IMG/VR virus record: IMGVR_UViG_3300021197_001787
Location: 64,001-128,000 of that record
Reading direction: 5' to 3' (one strand)
Length of the DNA stretch: 64,000 nucleotides
Origin: a virus
Positions 10,894 to 19,599 of the stretch are shown piece after piece (position 1 is the stretch's first letter; every line of letters starts with the position of its first letter). The translations under genes and the position numbers were made by a program. The notes under the pieces were generated by a model that saw only the letters and a program-made list of their open reading frames with translations, searched no databases and was not told where the DNA came from.

Positions 10894-10937
10894 ATTAGTA
10901 AAATATTCTCCTATTTTTAATTATACAACTTTTTTAT

Positions 10938-11180
10938 TCATCTTGAAACTAAATTAATAAAATCTGAAGGAATATACTCAATTCGGCCAGTTTTAAACCA
11001 GTATATGGTTAATTGATCCTGATAAATTTCATAATCTGGGTCACCTAAAAAATATACATGGTTTTGTACATCAATGACAATACCAGTCATAGGCTCCTCT
11101 TCCCAATAAATAATTGATATATCCTCTTGGACTATATCTCCAATTTCAAATTGGAAATAATTTTTATCTTCATTCCACAC
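10938..11180 (-). CDS. Small SH3-like family protein
   Basis: FEIGDIVQ..GIVIDV..IYWF. Confidence 0.6.
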   Translation of the reverse strand: MWNEDKNYFQFEIGDIVQEDISIIYWEEEPMTGIVIDVQNHVYFLGDPDYEIYQDQLTIYWFKTGRIEYIPSDFINLVSR

Positions 11181-11187
11181 ATTTTAA

Positions 11188-11388
11188 TTAGAGTTCGCGT
11201 TTTAAACTTTTTCTCATATACTCAACATTTTCTCTTTTATCTAATACTGTTCTTTCAACTTCTTCGGTCTCTAAATCAAATTGTTCTTTAATTTCCCAAA
11301 GCGCTTCTTCAATTGTGTCTTCTAATCGTTCTTTTATAACACTATCAACTTTTTGCTTTTTATCTTTTTTGAAAATCCAATTAAACAT
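11188..11388 (-). CDS. Hypothetical protein
   Basis: Start moved to MFNWIF; the track's longer start lies inside the tmRNA. Confidence 0.55.
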   Translation of the reverse strand: MFNWIFKKDKKQKVDSVIKERLEDTIEEALWEIKEQFDLETEEVERTVLDKRENVEYMRKSLKREL

Positions 11389-11408
11389 TTTATATACCCC
11401 CTGTGATA

Positions 11409-11752
11409 TGGTGGAGACGGCGGGAGTCGAACCCGCGTCCAGAATAAGTCTAATTGTAGTCATTCACAAGCTTATCAGTTTTTATATCCCCTAGCTGAAC
11501 GGGTAGACGGTTATATTCTAAAGCTTACCGTCCTGTTGCCTTAGATGGTTTGATTTTTGCAACTTATCTGTTGTTTTGATTAGATTGGAAAGAAGGTTCT
11601 AATCAACCTCCCGATTAAGCCGCTAAGCGGACAGATTCGAAGTGGTTATTGTTATTAGCAATTATTTTTTGTATCTGCGTTTAAAGTCTGCTAATACGTT
11701 TGACTGCTTGCACTTTTCCTCTTTCTTACCCTGTCGAAACCATGGCATCCCC
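11409..11752 (-). ncRNA. ssrA: tmRNA; tag peptide ANNNNHFESVRLAA* at 11615-11659
   Basis: 5' GGGGATGCCATGGTTTCGAC; 3' GACGCGGGTTCGACTCCCGCCGTCTCCACCA; internal tag ORF ending LAA-TAA. Confidence 0.95.
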
Positions 11753-11962
11753 TTATTTTTTACATTTTTTAATAATGCAGCCAACTGGTGAATAATTTTC
11801 ATCATCTAACCATATTGTGATTACACCATTGTTTTTCTTTTTCTCTGTTGAAGAAAAATGAATGTTTTTTGTAGCAGCGCGCATCGCTGCGGATTCTGTT
11901 GAATGTTTGCTTATCAATGTACCCATGATATATGAGCCATCATATTTATATACTTTCCACAT
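11753..11962 (-). CDS. Hypothetical protein
   Basis: Coupled to upstream gene (TAATG). Confidence 0.6.
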   Translation of the reverse strand: MWKVYKYDGSYIMGTLISKHSTESAAMRAATKNIHFSSTEKKKNNGVITIWLDDENYSPVGCIIKKCKK

Positions 11963-12546
11963 TATAAACCTTGTTCTATTAGTTGTTTTGTGTATTCTTC
12001 AGAGAACCCTGTGTGCCCATTATAGAACTTCATATCTCTATCAATATAAATATATGTTGGGAACCCCGATATAGCATAACCTTCTATTGACGCCGGGTCA
12101 AACATTTTTTCGCGAGAACCCATCAAGACCGGTGAGGAGGTGATCTCATGTGAAACAACCCACTCATCTATTTCTTCTTCAGTTGGTTCAATACCACTCA
12201 TATAACCATCAATAAGGATAGTAACAAATTGGAATCCTTCTTCGTCATATTCATCTTGTAGAGGTTGTGCAAAGTGGCCTGCATTCTGACAAGGCCCGCA
12301 CCACATGGTAGAAAAATCTATCACAATAATATCCCCCTTGTGACTGTAAAGATCCCAGACCTCACCATCGTGATTTAATAATCTGAAGTTGCAAGGTTTA
12401 TCACCAACATCAATGTGCCGGCAATCTGAATCTGGAATTATTCCTACCGGTTCTAATATTTCTTCTTCAATATCTGATATTGATTCAGTTTGTAATTCTG
12501 CAGCACATCCAATTAAAAGCGCAGCAATAAAATATAGTTTTTTCAT
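11962..12546 (-). CDS. TlpA/thioredoxin-like redoxin with lipoprotein signal
   Basis: LIGC lipobox; DFSTMWCGPC; GFPTYIYID. Confidence 0.85.
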   Translation of the reverse strand: MKKLYFIAALLIGCAAELQTESISDIEEEILEPVGIIPDSDCRHIDVGDKPCNFRLLNHDGEVWDLYSHKGDIIVIDFSTMWCGPCQNAGHFAQPLQDEYDEEGFQFVTILIDGYMSGIEPTEEEIDEWVVSHEITSSPVLMGSREKMFDPASIEGYAISGFPTYIYIDRDMKFYNGHTGFSEEYTKQLIEQGL

Positions 12547-12579
12547 ATAAAGCTCCTAAAATAAATAGAATGTTTATAA

Positions 12580-12713
12580 GAAATGTCCGGTTGTGGATCT
12601 CTTGCTCACCACAGCTAACCTACAGTTTATTTATTTAAACCCCCGAGGGCAGAACGTTCATGATAGATATGGAACGTTCGTTGTGTATAAAGTGCCGGAC
12701 TCACGTGCATTTC
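12580..12713. ncRNA. Candidate structured RNA or cis-element of unknown class
   Basis: Intergenic; closing GAAATG/CATTTC and GTCCGG/CCGGAC pairings enclose hairpins TGTGG/CCACA and GAACGTTC/GAACGTTC. Confidence 0.4.
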
Positions 12714-12738
12714 ATTATTAATTTGTTCAAAGATTATG

Positions 12739-13077
12739 TTAGAAGCCTTTCTTATCAAAAAAATGCTGTACATCATATTTCTTAACTAACTTTCCAAAAG
12801 AAAGATAATCTAAACCAAGAAACCGAGCGGCATCTTTTTTTGATTCTGTGGCTGATATTGCAAATTTGAGCATAGCTTCCTGAACAATATACTTTGAATT
12901 TCTCCATATGTCAAATCCATACATACGATTTTTAAAAAACTTACTTGACAGCTCAAATTTTAATGCTATAATATCTTCTAATGACATAATATTAACTAAT
13001 ACTAATAAATCATCACTAACAAGATTATTATCTCTTAATTTATTAATAATGCTTTTATGTTTAGTTTTAGAAATCAT
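12739..13077 (-). CDS. Hypothetical protein with Fis-like HTH
   Basis: SKKDAARFLGLDYLSFGKLVKKY. Confidence 0.55.
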   Translation of the reverse strand: MISKTKHKSIINKLRDNNLVSDDLLVLVNIMSLEDIIALKFELSSKFFKNRMYGFDIWRNSKYIVQEAMLKFAISATESKKDAARFLGLDYLSFGKLVKKYDVQHFFDKKGF

Positions 13078-13856
13078 TATAAGTTAAAATCTAATTCATT
13101 ATCTGTGCTAGCATTATCAGGTTGTGTTTGTTTAGCGGTATCATATGCTTGATTTGTTGGCTCTGACACATTAACATCAAGTTCTTTTTCAAATTTATCA
13201 AAGTATAATTTTAGATTAGCAATCAAGTAATCATAAAACAAATCTTGATCTTCAGAGTTAGAAAGTAAGTCATAAGCATCAACAATAGAGCTTTCAATCT
13301 TCTTAAAGCTAGCATATGCCATGTTTCTACCGGTTACATCAGCACCTTCAATACCAAAATCATCTATTGGGTCTTTTTCTTCTTCAGGCTCTGCCGCATC
13401 CGGGTTAATATCAATAAATTTATCGGCCGGGTCATTGTCATCCACGACGTCGATATCAATTTCCTCTTGTACTTCAGGCGATGGCTCATTTGATTCTGCA
13501 TCATTATTAGCTTCCACCGGTGTTAGTGCGCCTACAACTGCGTTAATGACATGAGATCTAAAAGATTCTCTTTGTTCACCACTTGTCGTAAGTAATTTAT
13601 AATCTGTTTCTAAAATTGGAATAATCTTTTTAAGAAGATCTTCAAGAACATTGATTCCAGTATTCCCGTGTGGTGCAGGATCGTTGTCAGGAGTTGCAGC
13701 TTCTGACAAAATCTGTGTTTCAACGTTGATTAATTTGCGTACGTACTCACGCAATAAAGCCTCTTCAGATTTCATTTTCTGCTCTGCCAAGAGTCTTTTC
13801 TTCTTGACAATGCGTATAGCTTGTCTTATACTACTTCTGATAGTTTCTTCATTCAT
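13077..13856 (-). CDS. Acidic hypothetical protein, probable virion-associated
   Basis: LLAE/LSE motifs, acidic linker, late-type motif upstream. Confidence 0.6.
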   Translation of the reverse strand: MNEETIRSSIRQAIRIVKKKRLLAEQKMKSEEALLREYVRKLINVETQILSEAATPDNDPAPHGNTGINVLEDLLKKIIPILETDYKLLTTSGEQRESFRSHVINAVVGALTPVEANNDAESNEPSPEVQEEIDIDVVDDNDPADKFIDINPDAAEPEEEKDPIDDFGIEGADVTGRNMAYASFKKIESSIVDAYDLLSNSEDQDLFYDYLIANLKLYFDKFEKELDVNVSEPTNQAYDTAKQTQPDNASTDNELDFNL

Positions 13857-15865
13857 TGTGATATGCCTTTTCCTATAATTAGTTTCATAACTTCATCTAA
13901 CATACTTAAATCAACATTTTCTGTTTTATTTGTTTTAAGTCTGCTTTGTCTTTCTTGTTCAGCGTTTTCGTCTGGGACGTCAAGGCCCGGAAAGTTTGGT
14001 TTAACTGCTGCCGCGCCCTGTACTGCTGCACTCACAGTTGCTTCGTTAACTTCGCTCTGCCGCGGCCCTATTCCAAATATTGCTAACAACTCAAAAACGT
14101 TATCCTCTCCGACAAACTCTTCTAATTCTTCTATAGCATCAACGTCGGTCCTTGCTTTGGATATTAAAGATCTCATATCAGTCGCACGGAAAGCGCTGCC
14201 TCCTTGACGATTAATTGCCTTTACAGCGTTGGATTCTAGATCCATAACTTCGACACCTTCTTTTACATCTTTATCATTTACAAAAAGCCATCGATGCCAA
14301 TCGGGCACATCATTATCATCAGGCTTATCACTAGCGCCCAAGACAACTTTGTCTCCCGGTCTAATTTCACCCTCTTTACCAATATATTGAAGTGTAGCCC
14401 CAATCGGAGACGGCTCTTTAGATATTCTTAAGTCTACTTTTGGATTGTCAGCCAAGCCAGCAGATGCTAACAATAACTTCCAGACATCTTCAGCATGCGT
14501 AGCTTTGATAACAGTACCGTCATCTAACATACGGTTTTTCTTCTTGGGGCTTGAAATTAAAATAATTACGCGGTCGATATCACTTCTTCTAGCATACTGT
14601 TCAACCATTTTTAGGTGACCCATATGCGGGGGTTTGAATGCACCGGGCACAAAGGCGATTGTTTCTCCGGTGTAATCAGCATCAACTACAGGATCCTCAT
14701 CCTCGTCTTCCTTTACTGGTTTGTGTTCGTACCCTACAAAATCTTCTTCGTCTTCATTCAAAGAGGTATCATCTTGAAATGCGGAACCCATTCCACCAAG
14801 AATAAATTCTCCAGTAATTTTCACTGGGTTCATACCAAATAATTTGTCGTCACGTAAAACAACACCCTCGTGGTCCATAACGTTACCCATGGGGCTTGTT
14901 AGACCTCGTAACACATCATTACCAAGCATACGAGTTGCATGCATAAAAATAGCACCATATATAGCAGCTTCAGCATCAGCATCTTCAATAAGATCAACAA
15001 TAGCCGGAGAACCGCCTAGAATAGCTTTGTAAAGCTCTTTATGCAAAGGATGGGTCTTCTTACCATTCTTAAGCTTAACAGTCTTATAACGTGGGTTAGA
15101 AGCCTCAGAAAGCCAATCCTTAAGAGATTTGGTTATCTCCCTGTCATCTGATACCTGAATAGTAAAAGGTTGAGACAAAGTAGAAGAAAAATCAATATCT
15201 GTACCTTCTAATCTCTGTGTTGGTACCGAACCATAGACTTGAAATCCATATTCGTTAGCAACAACATTTAATTTTTTAATTAATTTAGCCATTACTTTTG
15301 GATCATAAAGAACTTCACTACTCGGTGCCTTTAATCCATCAGGGCGTTCTGCACCGGGTCTTACATTACCCTTGCTCGCCCCTGATTTAGCTGTTCTTTG
15401 ATAAAACTGATTCATACCATGTATGGCTAAGAAGTTTTCATCGTATTTTGTGACGTTTGTAGTTCCGGCAACATATTCTGTGTTAAGAAACAACGTCGCA
15501 TCGTCCCACATTCCTAATGTTTCTAACTCATCTTTGATATTTCTTAAAGATTTGTTTAAAATCATTAAGAGAGTTTTTATGGCCGGCCTCATACCGTGAC
15601 CTTCAGGAAATCTCTGGTCAACTCTGTCCATTGTGATTCCGCTGATATCTATTTCTTTCATTGAGCCACGGTCAACAGCAAATTGATGAACACCATTATG
15701 TTCAACAACCTTAAACGATACGTTTACACCGTCTATTTTTACTGCGCCGGCAGCTTCTTTCTCAACAAACTTTTTAGCTTTTTCGAAAAAGTCTAATAAA
15801 TCATTACCGGTATCAACCGAATTCAAATCAAATGGGTGGCTCATGTGGCCCGCTGCACCACCCAT
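13853..15865 (-). CDS. Ligase-like adenylation domain fused to HIGH-family nucleotidyltransferase
   Basis: VKIDGVN, NTEYV, HEGVV, VKITG; then PGAFKPPHMGH. Confidence 0.6.
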   Translation of the reverse strand: MGGAAGHMSHPFDLNSVDTGNDLLDFFEKAKKFVEKEAAGAVKIDGVNVSFKVVEHNGVHQFAVDRGSMKEIDISGITMDRVDQRFPEGHGMRPAIKTLLMILNKSLRNIKDELETLGMWDDATLFLNTEYVAGTTNVTKYDENFLAIHGMNQFYQRTAKSGASKGNVRPGAERPDGLKAPSSEVLYDPKVMAKLIKKLNVVANEYGFQVYGSVPTQRLEGTDIDFSSTLSQPFTIQVSDDREITKSLKDWLSEASNPRYKTVKLKNGKKTHPLHKELYKAILGGSPAIVDLIEDADAEAAIYGAIFMHATRMLGNDVLRGLTSPMGNVMDHEGVVLRDDKLFGMNPVKITGEFILGGMGSAFQDDTSLNEDEEDFVGYEHKPVKEDEDEDPVVDADYTGETIAFVPGAFKPPHMGHLKMVEQYARRSDIDRVIILISSPKKKNRMLDDGTVIKATHAEDVWKLLLASAGLADNPKVDLRISKEPSPIGATLQYIGKEGEIRPGDKVVLGASDKPDDNDVPDWHRWLFVNDKDVKEGVEVMDLESNAVKAINRQGGSAFRATDMRSLISKARTDVDAIEELEEFVGEDNVFELLAIFGIGPRQSEVNEATVSAAVQGAAAVKPNFPGLDVPDENAEQERQSRLKTNKTENVDLSMLDEVMKLIIGKGISQ

Positions 15866-16116
15866 TATTCGTCACCCAGCGATTCTTCTAAGATACCCAC
15901 TTTTTCTTGAAGTACTTGCATTTCATTTTGCATTCTACGAGCGTATCGCTTGACTTCGCGAAGATGTTGTGAGGCAAGCGCAAAACGCCGCTGCTCCGTC
16001 ATGGTGCGCGGTTTAAACTTTGATATTATTTCTTGGAGACCTTGGATATAAGTAAAGATGTTTTTTTCACTAATATCTTCGTTTAAAAAATTTCTCCATT
16101 CTGAATCTAGCGACAT
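15865..16116 (-). CDS. Coiled-coil hypothetical protein with leader-like N-terminus
   Basis: MSLDSEWRNFLNE start. Confidence 0.55.
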   Translation of the reverse strand: MSLDSEWRNFLNEDISEKNIFTYIQGLQEIISKFKPRTMTEQRRFALASQHLREVKRYARRMQNEMQVLQEKVGILEESLGDE

Positions 16117-16223
16117 GTCTTGCTCCTGGTTTGTTTGTAATAACAAAAGTTTGTAAATAAACTTATTTTTTATTTTTTTAAGTTCAAGCTTACGTTTAAC
16201 TTTTGTATTTACCGTTCACGAAA

Positions 16224-17072
16224 TTAATCCTTTTTGGCTTTATTCTCATTTACAATCTGAATTGCTTTCTTTAGAACCTCGCGAACTTTTGCCTCGGGGA
16301 TTGCTCGTTTATAACGTGCTTTCCCACCACGACCAGCCTTGGCCTGTGGAGCATTCTCCGGACGATCAGCAAGACCTGTTTCTTCAAGCTCTTCAGCGTC
16401 TTCGCCCTCATCGAGCGTTTCATCGGCATCAGCAGCTTCAGTTACATCCTCCTCAACGGATTCCTCAACGGTTTCTTCAGCCGCTTCTTCGGTAACCGCT
16501 TCTTCAGTAACTTCTTCTTCGCTCTCTGCTTGTAACTCACCTTTTCCATTAAACTCATTAAACTCCTCAAGGGTGTTAAATTTAAATCCCCACGCTTCAG
16601 ATAAAAGCGTACCAATTTCTTTTTCTTTCCAATCATTGAATGACATCTTATAGTCTCCTTCTTGTAGATGTTCGTAATAAATAGTCTCGTTTTTCTCTTT
16701 AAGCATGTCTTCAAAGTCTCTCAAACACATGCTGCCGTCTTTATTAGCCAATTCTTCAGCCTTTCTCATCAACGGATCTTTTTGTGCATATCCAGGCCCA
16801 AGGTACTCAGAACCGTCAAACATACCATCACAATGTTGTTTGTGATGCACTAATTCATGTCCAAGTGAGCGTAAGATATCTTTTGGGTGTCGTCCTGAAA
16901 TATATAAAAACACTGATTTGTCTTCAGGGTCATAATATGCTGTTTTACCCAAAGGGTTTTTTGCGTTTGATTTATCTCTTTTCAAAAATAATCTTGGAGG
17001 ACTTGTAAAACCTATGTGTTTCTGCGCAAATGGCATGAATTTTTTAATTAAATCTTTTAGGACATCATCCAT
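16224..17072 (-). CDS. HExxH protein with acidic low-complexity tail
   Basis: LRSLGHELVHH; (V/T)EE repeats. Confidence 0.55.
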   Translation of the reverse strand: MDDVLKDLIKKFMPFAQKHIGFTSPPRLFLKRDKSNAKNPLGKTAYYDPEDKSVFLYISGRHPKDILRSLGHELVHHKQHCDGMFDGSEYLGPGYAQKDPLMRKAEELANKDGSMCLRDFEDMLKEKNETIYYEHLQEGDYKMSFNDWKEKEIGTLLSEAWGFKFNTLEEFNEFNGKGELQAESEEEVTEEAVTEEAAEETVEESVEEDVTEAADADETLDEGEDAEELEETGLADRPENAPQAKAGRGGKARYKRAIPEAKVREVLKKAIQIVNENKAKKD

Positions 17073-17112
17073 TATAAATTACCTAGCTTAAAATAAATAG
17101 TTAGCTTATCAA

Positions 17113-17376
17113 TCATATATTATTTTCTTTATAAGTTTGTGATACCAATCTTAGTGTAAAGGTAAAAAATGAAAGTTCTATACTGTTATCATCCAGTGGG
17201 ACTACTCTAGAAATTGACACAAGACGATTTGAGCGTACTTCATTTTGTATATCAACTAGAATACCTAGGTATTCAACCCAGTCATTCGTTTCTTCTGAAA
17301 ACTTAGACCAAGCAACGATATCGCCTACCTGTAATTTCTCGGCGCTAGAGTATCCAAATTCTTTTTCTTGTTGCAT
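17113..17376 (-). CDS. Small SH3-like family protein
   Basis: LQVGDIVAW..LGILVDI. Confidence 0.6.
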   Translation of the reverse strand: MQQEKEFGYSSAEKLQVGDIVAWSKFSEETNDWVEYLGILVDIQNEVRSNRLVSISRVVPLDDNSIELSFFTFTLRLVSQTYKENNI

Positions 17377-17416
17377 TTTAACAGTTTATAAATATATTGC
17401 TACTACAAAAAATATT

Positions 17417-17569
17417 TTATATAACATGATTAGTAGATTTTAATTTAAAAGCTACCAACATAGATAACAACGTCACCATTGTTATCTCATATCCTAAGAA
17501 GCCATAGAAAATCCAAGTTCCTACAAGGCAAATTAAAAATTTCCAAAAATAATTAAACGTAAATAACAT
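17417..17569 (-). CDS. 50-aa hydrophobic membrane peptide
   Basis: Below track cutoff; MLFTFNYFWKFLICLVGTWIFYGFLG..; TAATG coupling. Confidence 0.55.
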   Translation of the reverse strand: MLFTFNYFWKFLICLVGTWIFYGFLGYEITMVTLLSMLVAFKLKSTNHVI

Positions 17570-17880
17570 TAATTAAATCCTACTTCTTCTAATTCTTCAA
17601 AAGGTACCGCAAACAAAAAATTTCCGTCATAGATTAAAACTCTTTCAAATTCATCAAATTCATAATCAACAACATAAACCTTAGCTCCACAAAATAATCT
17701 TTTATGGGCTCTTTGGGCCGGCACCCAGAACCATTTTTCTTCTTTATTTTTACCTTTACAATTAATGTAACAAGGATTTATCAATTTATCGTCTGGATTG
17801 GGTGTTTTACCAGATATCTGTCTTATAATTTGTCTCAATCTTTCCTCATCTAAATTTTTCCATGCCATATCAATAACCAC
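17569..17880 (-). CDS. Hypothetical protein
   Basis: ORF track, coupled. Confidence 0.6.
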   Translation of the reverse strand: MVIDMAWKNLDEERLRQIIRQISGKTPNPDDKLINPCYINCKGKNKEEKWFWVPAQRAHKRLFCGAKVYVVDYEFDEFERVLIYDGNFLFAVPFEELEEVGFN

Positions 17881-18130
17881 AACTCACTAGTTTTAGACAA
17901 GTATTCAAATCATTCCTATCATACTGTGTCTCTGCTAGTAAGTATTGTTTGTTTAGATCATTAAACACTTCATGTTCATCGTCCATGAAAAATAATTTAT
18001 CATACCATATCCATTTTACAATAAAATTGTCTTTTTTTAAATCGGTTATGATACCTAATTTGATGTTTTGATAATTTTCAGAAAAATATAAGCTAACAAT
18101 ATCGCCTAGCTTAATCTTATTGCGTAACAT
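17870..18130 (-). CDS. Small SH3-like family protein
   Basis: IKLGDIVSL..LGIITDL..VKW. Confidence 0.6.
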   Translation of the reverse strand: MLRNKIKLGDIVSLYFSENYQNIKLGIITDLKKDNFIVKWIWYDKLFFMDDEHEVFNDLNKQYLLAETQYDRNDLNTCLKLVSCGY

Positions 18131-18167
18131 TATAATTTAACATAACACTAACAATTAAATTTAGCAA

Positions 18168-18491
18168 CTAAATTATATGATTGTATGCTAAAAGAAAACC
18201 AGTTATTGCTTGCACAATCATAAAAATTGTGACTGCTTTAGTTTTAAATTCTTTTAATTCTTCAACTTCGTCAAACTTCATTTGTAGCTGACTAGGGGAA
18301 GCAACATCATCCATCTTTTCTTTCCAAGTTTTCAAATCTTGAACTCGGTCTTCTTTTGCTTTTAATTCACTTAATTGTTCTTTAACAACTTGTAGTTCTG
18401 AACGTAGTCCTTCGATTCCGTTAGCCATAGTTTCTAGTTGTTGTAAAACTAGTTTTGAGTAGGTTTCCCACCCATTTCCATTATCAGACAT
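18168..18491 (-). CDS. Coiled-coil protein with C-terminal TM helix (XhlA/holin-like architecture)
   Basis: Heptad-rich body; TIFMIVQAITGFLLAY. Confidence 0.5.
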   Translation of the reverse strand: MSDNGNGWETYSKLVLQQLETMANGIEGLRSELQVVKEQLSELKAKEDRVQDLKTWKEKMDDVASPSQLQMKFDEVEELKEFKTKAVTIFMIVQAITGFLLAYNHII

Positions 18492-18524
18492 TGTGTACCC
18501 TCCACGTCTTTAAGTAGTTGTGAA

Positions 18525-19211
18525 TTAGCAAGTCCGCGTTTCTAATTTATAGCCATTCCTAATTTCAACTACTTTATAGATAACAAGTTTAAAATCTTCG
18601 GGTTTCACATCATTTATTTCAGGGTTATCGCATACTTTAGCCAACACATCATCAATATTCTTTTGAGAATCTTCGTAATATTCAATTCGATTTATATTAG
18701 ATTTACCGTTGGGCATTATTTTATTTTTCATCATTGCGACCATGACATCTCCCTTGGACTCACCTTGTGTTGCTATAGGCCGCACTTCAGAAGAGTCTAT
18801 CCCAATTTCATCTAAATAATCCATAATAGGCCCAAGAGAATTGCCTCGTCTCGCCGTCATGATATATGTTTTAGATTCCGTTGGTGTTTTTCTCATAATG
18901 TCAGTTACAATTTTTATTTCATCGGGATCTTTTACAATTGAAAAATCACTTAAATCAATTTGATAACCTAAGTCCATCAAAGCATCCACAGCATCAAAAG
19001 CTTCTACCCCTTCTTTCGCGGCAGCTGCGTTCATATACTCTTCAAACTCCTGCTGGTCACGTAGGGTCGCTTCTGAGCCATCGGGGGCCTTAACACGTGT
19101 TTCTGACCTCGTATGGGCTATTGTCTCATCGAAGTCAAATATACGAAGAGTTGTGATGGGTTCATAGTCTTCATTCAAATACTTCCGCCAATTTTCAAGT
19201 AGGAGTTTCAT
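18525..19211 (-). CDS. HAD-superfamily phosphatase with MKLLLENW leader
   Basis: IFDFDET, MTAR, ESKGD, YYEDS. Confidence 0.7.
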   Translation of the reverse strand: MKLLLENWRKYLNEDYEPITTLRIFDFDETIAHTRSETRVKAPDGSEATLRDQQEFEEYMNAAAAKEGVEAFDAVDALMDLGYQIDLSDFSIVKDPDEIKIVTDIMRKTPTESKTYIMTARRGNSLGPIMDYLDEIGIDSSEVRPIATQGESKGDVMVAMMKNKIMPNGKSNINRIEYYEDSQKNIDDVLAKVCDNPEINDVKPEDFKLVIYKVVEIRNGYKLETRTC

Positions 19212-19599
19212 CTTGAACTCCAAACAATTTATTATATTCTTCATTATATAACTCTTTAACCGATACGATTGCATCGTCTTCTAGTGCCAGTGCAAAGAAT
19301 GCTGCTGCAGCACGATGGTTTCCATCCATAATATACTGATATTCGCCATTTTTAACTACAACAATTAGCGGAAATTTATAATTGGCATTCTTAACTCTGT
19401 CTGGATCTAATTTGACACTTGGCTTGTTTTTTAAGTTATTCCTTAAAGTAGATGCCTTCATATGCTTGCATTTCCTTCCTTCCTCACAGCTTTTTCCTAT
19501 GATTTTAAAAACATCATTAATAGAGACACTATCCCAAGTTGTCTCTAAACCGTGGGCTTCATTTATATACTGGCGCCAATTTTCAAGTAGGAGTTTCAT
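19195..19599 (-). CDS. ParB/Srx-like domain protein with MKLLLENW leader
   Basis: FPLIVV..IMDGNHRAAA. Confidence 0.65.
   Translation of the reverse strand: MKLLLENWRQYINEAHGLETTWDSVSINDVFKIIGKSCEEGRKCKHMKASTLRNNLKNKPSVKLDPDRVKNANYKFPLIVVVKNGEYQYIMDGNHRAAAAFFALALEDDAIVSVKELYNEEYNKLFGVQDETPT

Noticed and set aside
11409-11445. tmRNA 3' end as a prophage att site
   Set aside because: The gene is full length and single-copy in the window, has phage-like genes on both sides, and no integrase is present.
11188-11463. Track ORF start MTTIRLILDAGSTPAVST
   Set aside because: It reads through the tmRNA 3' end; the real start is probably 11388.
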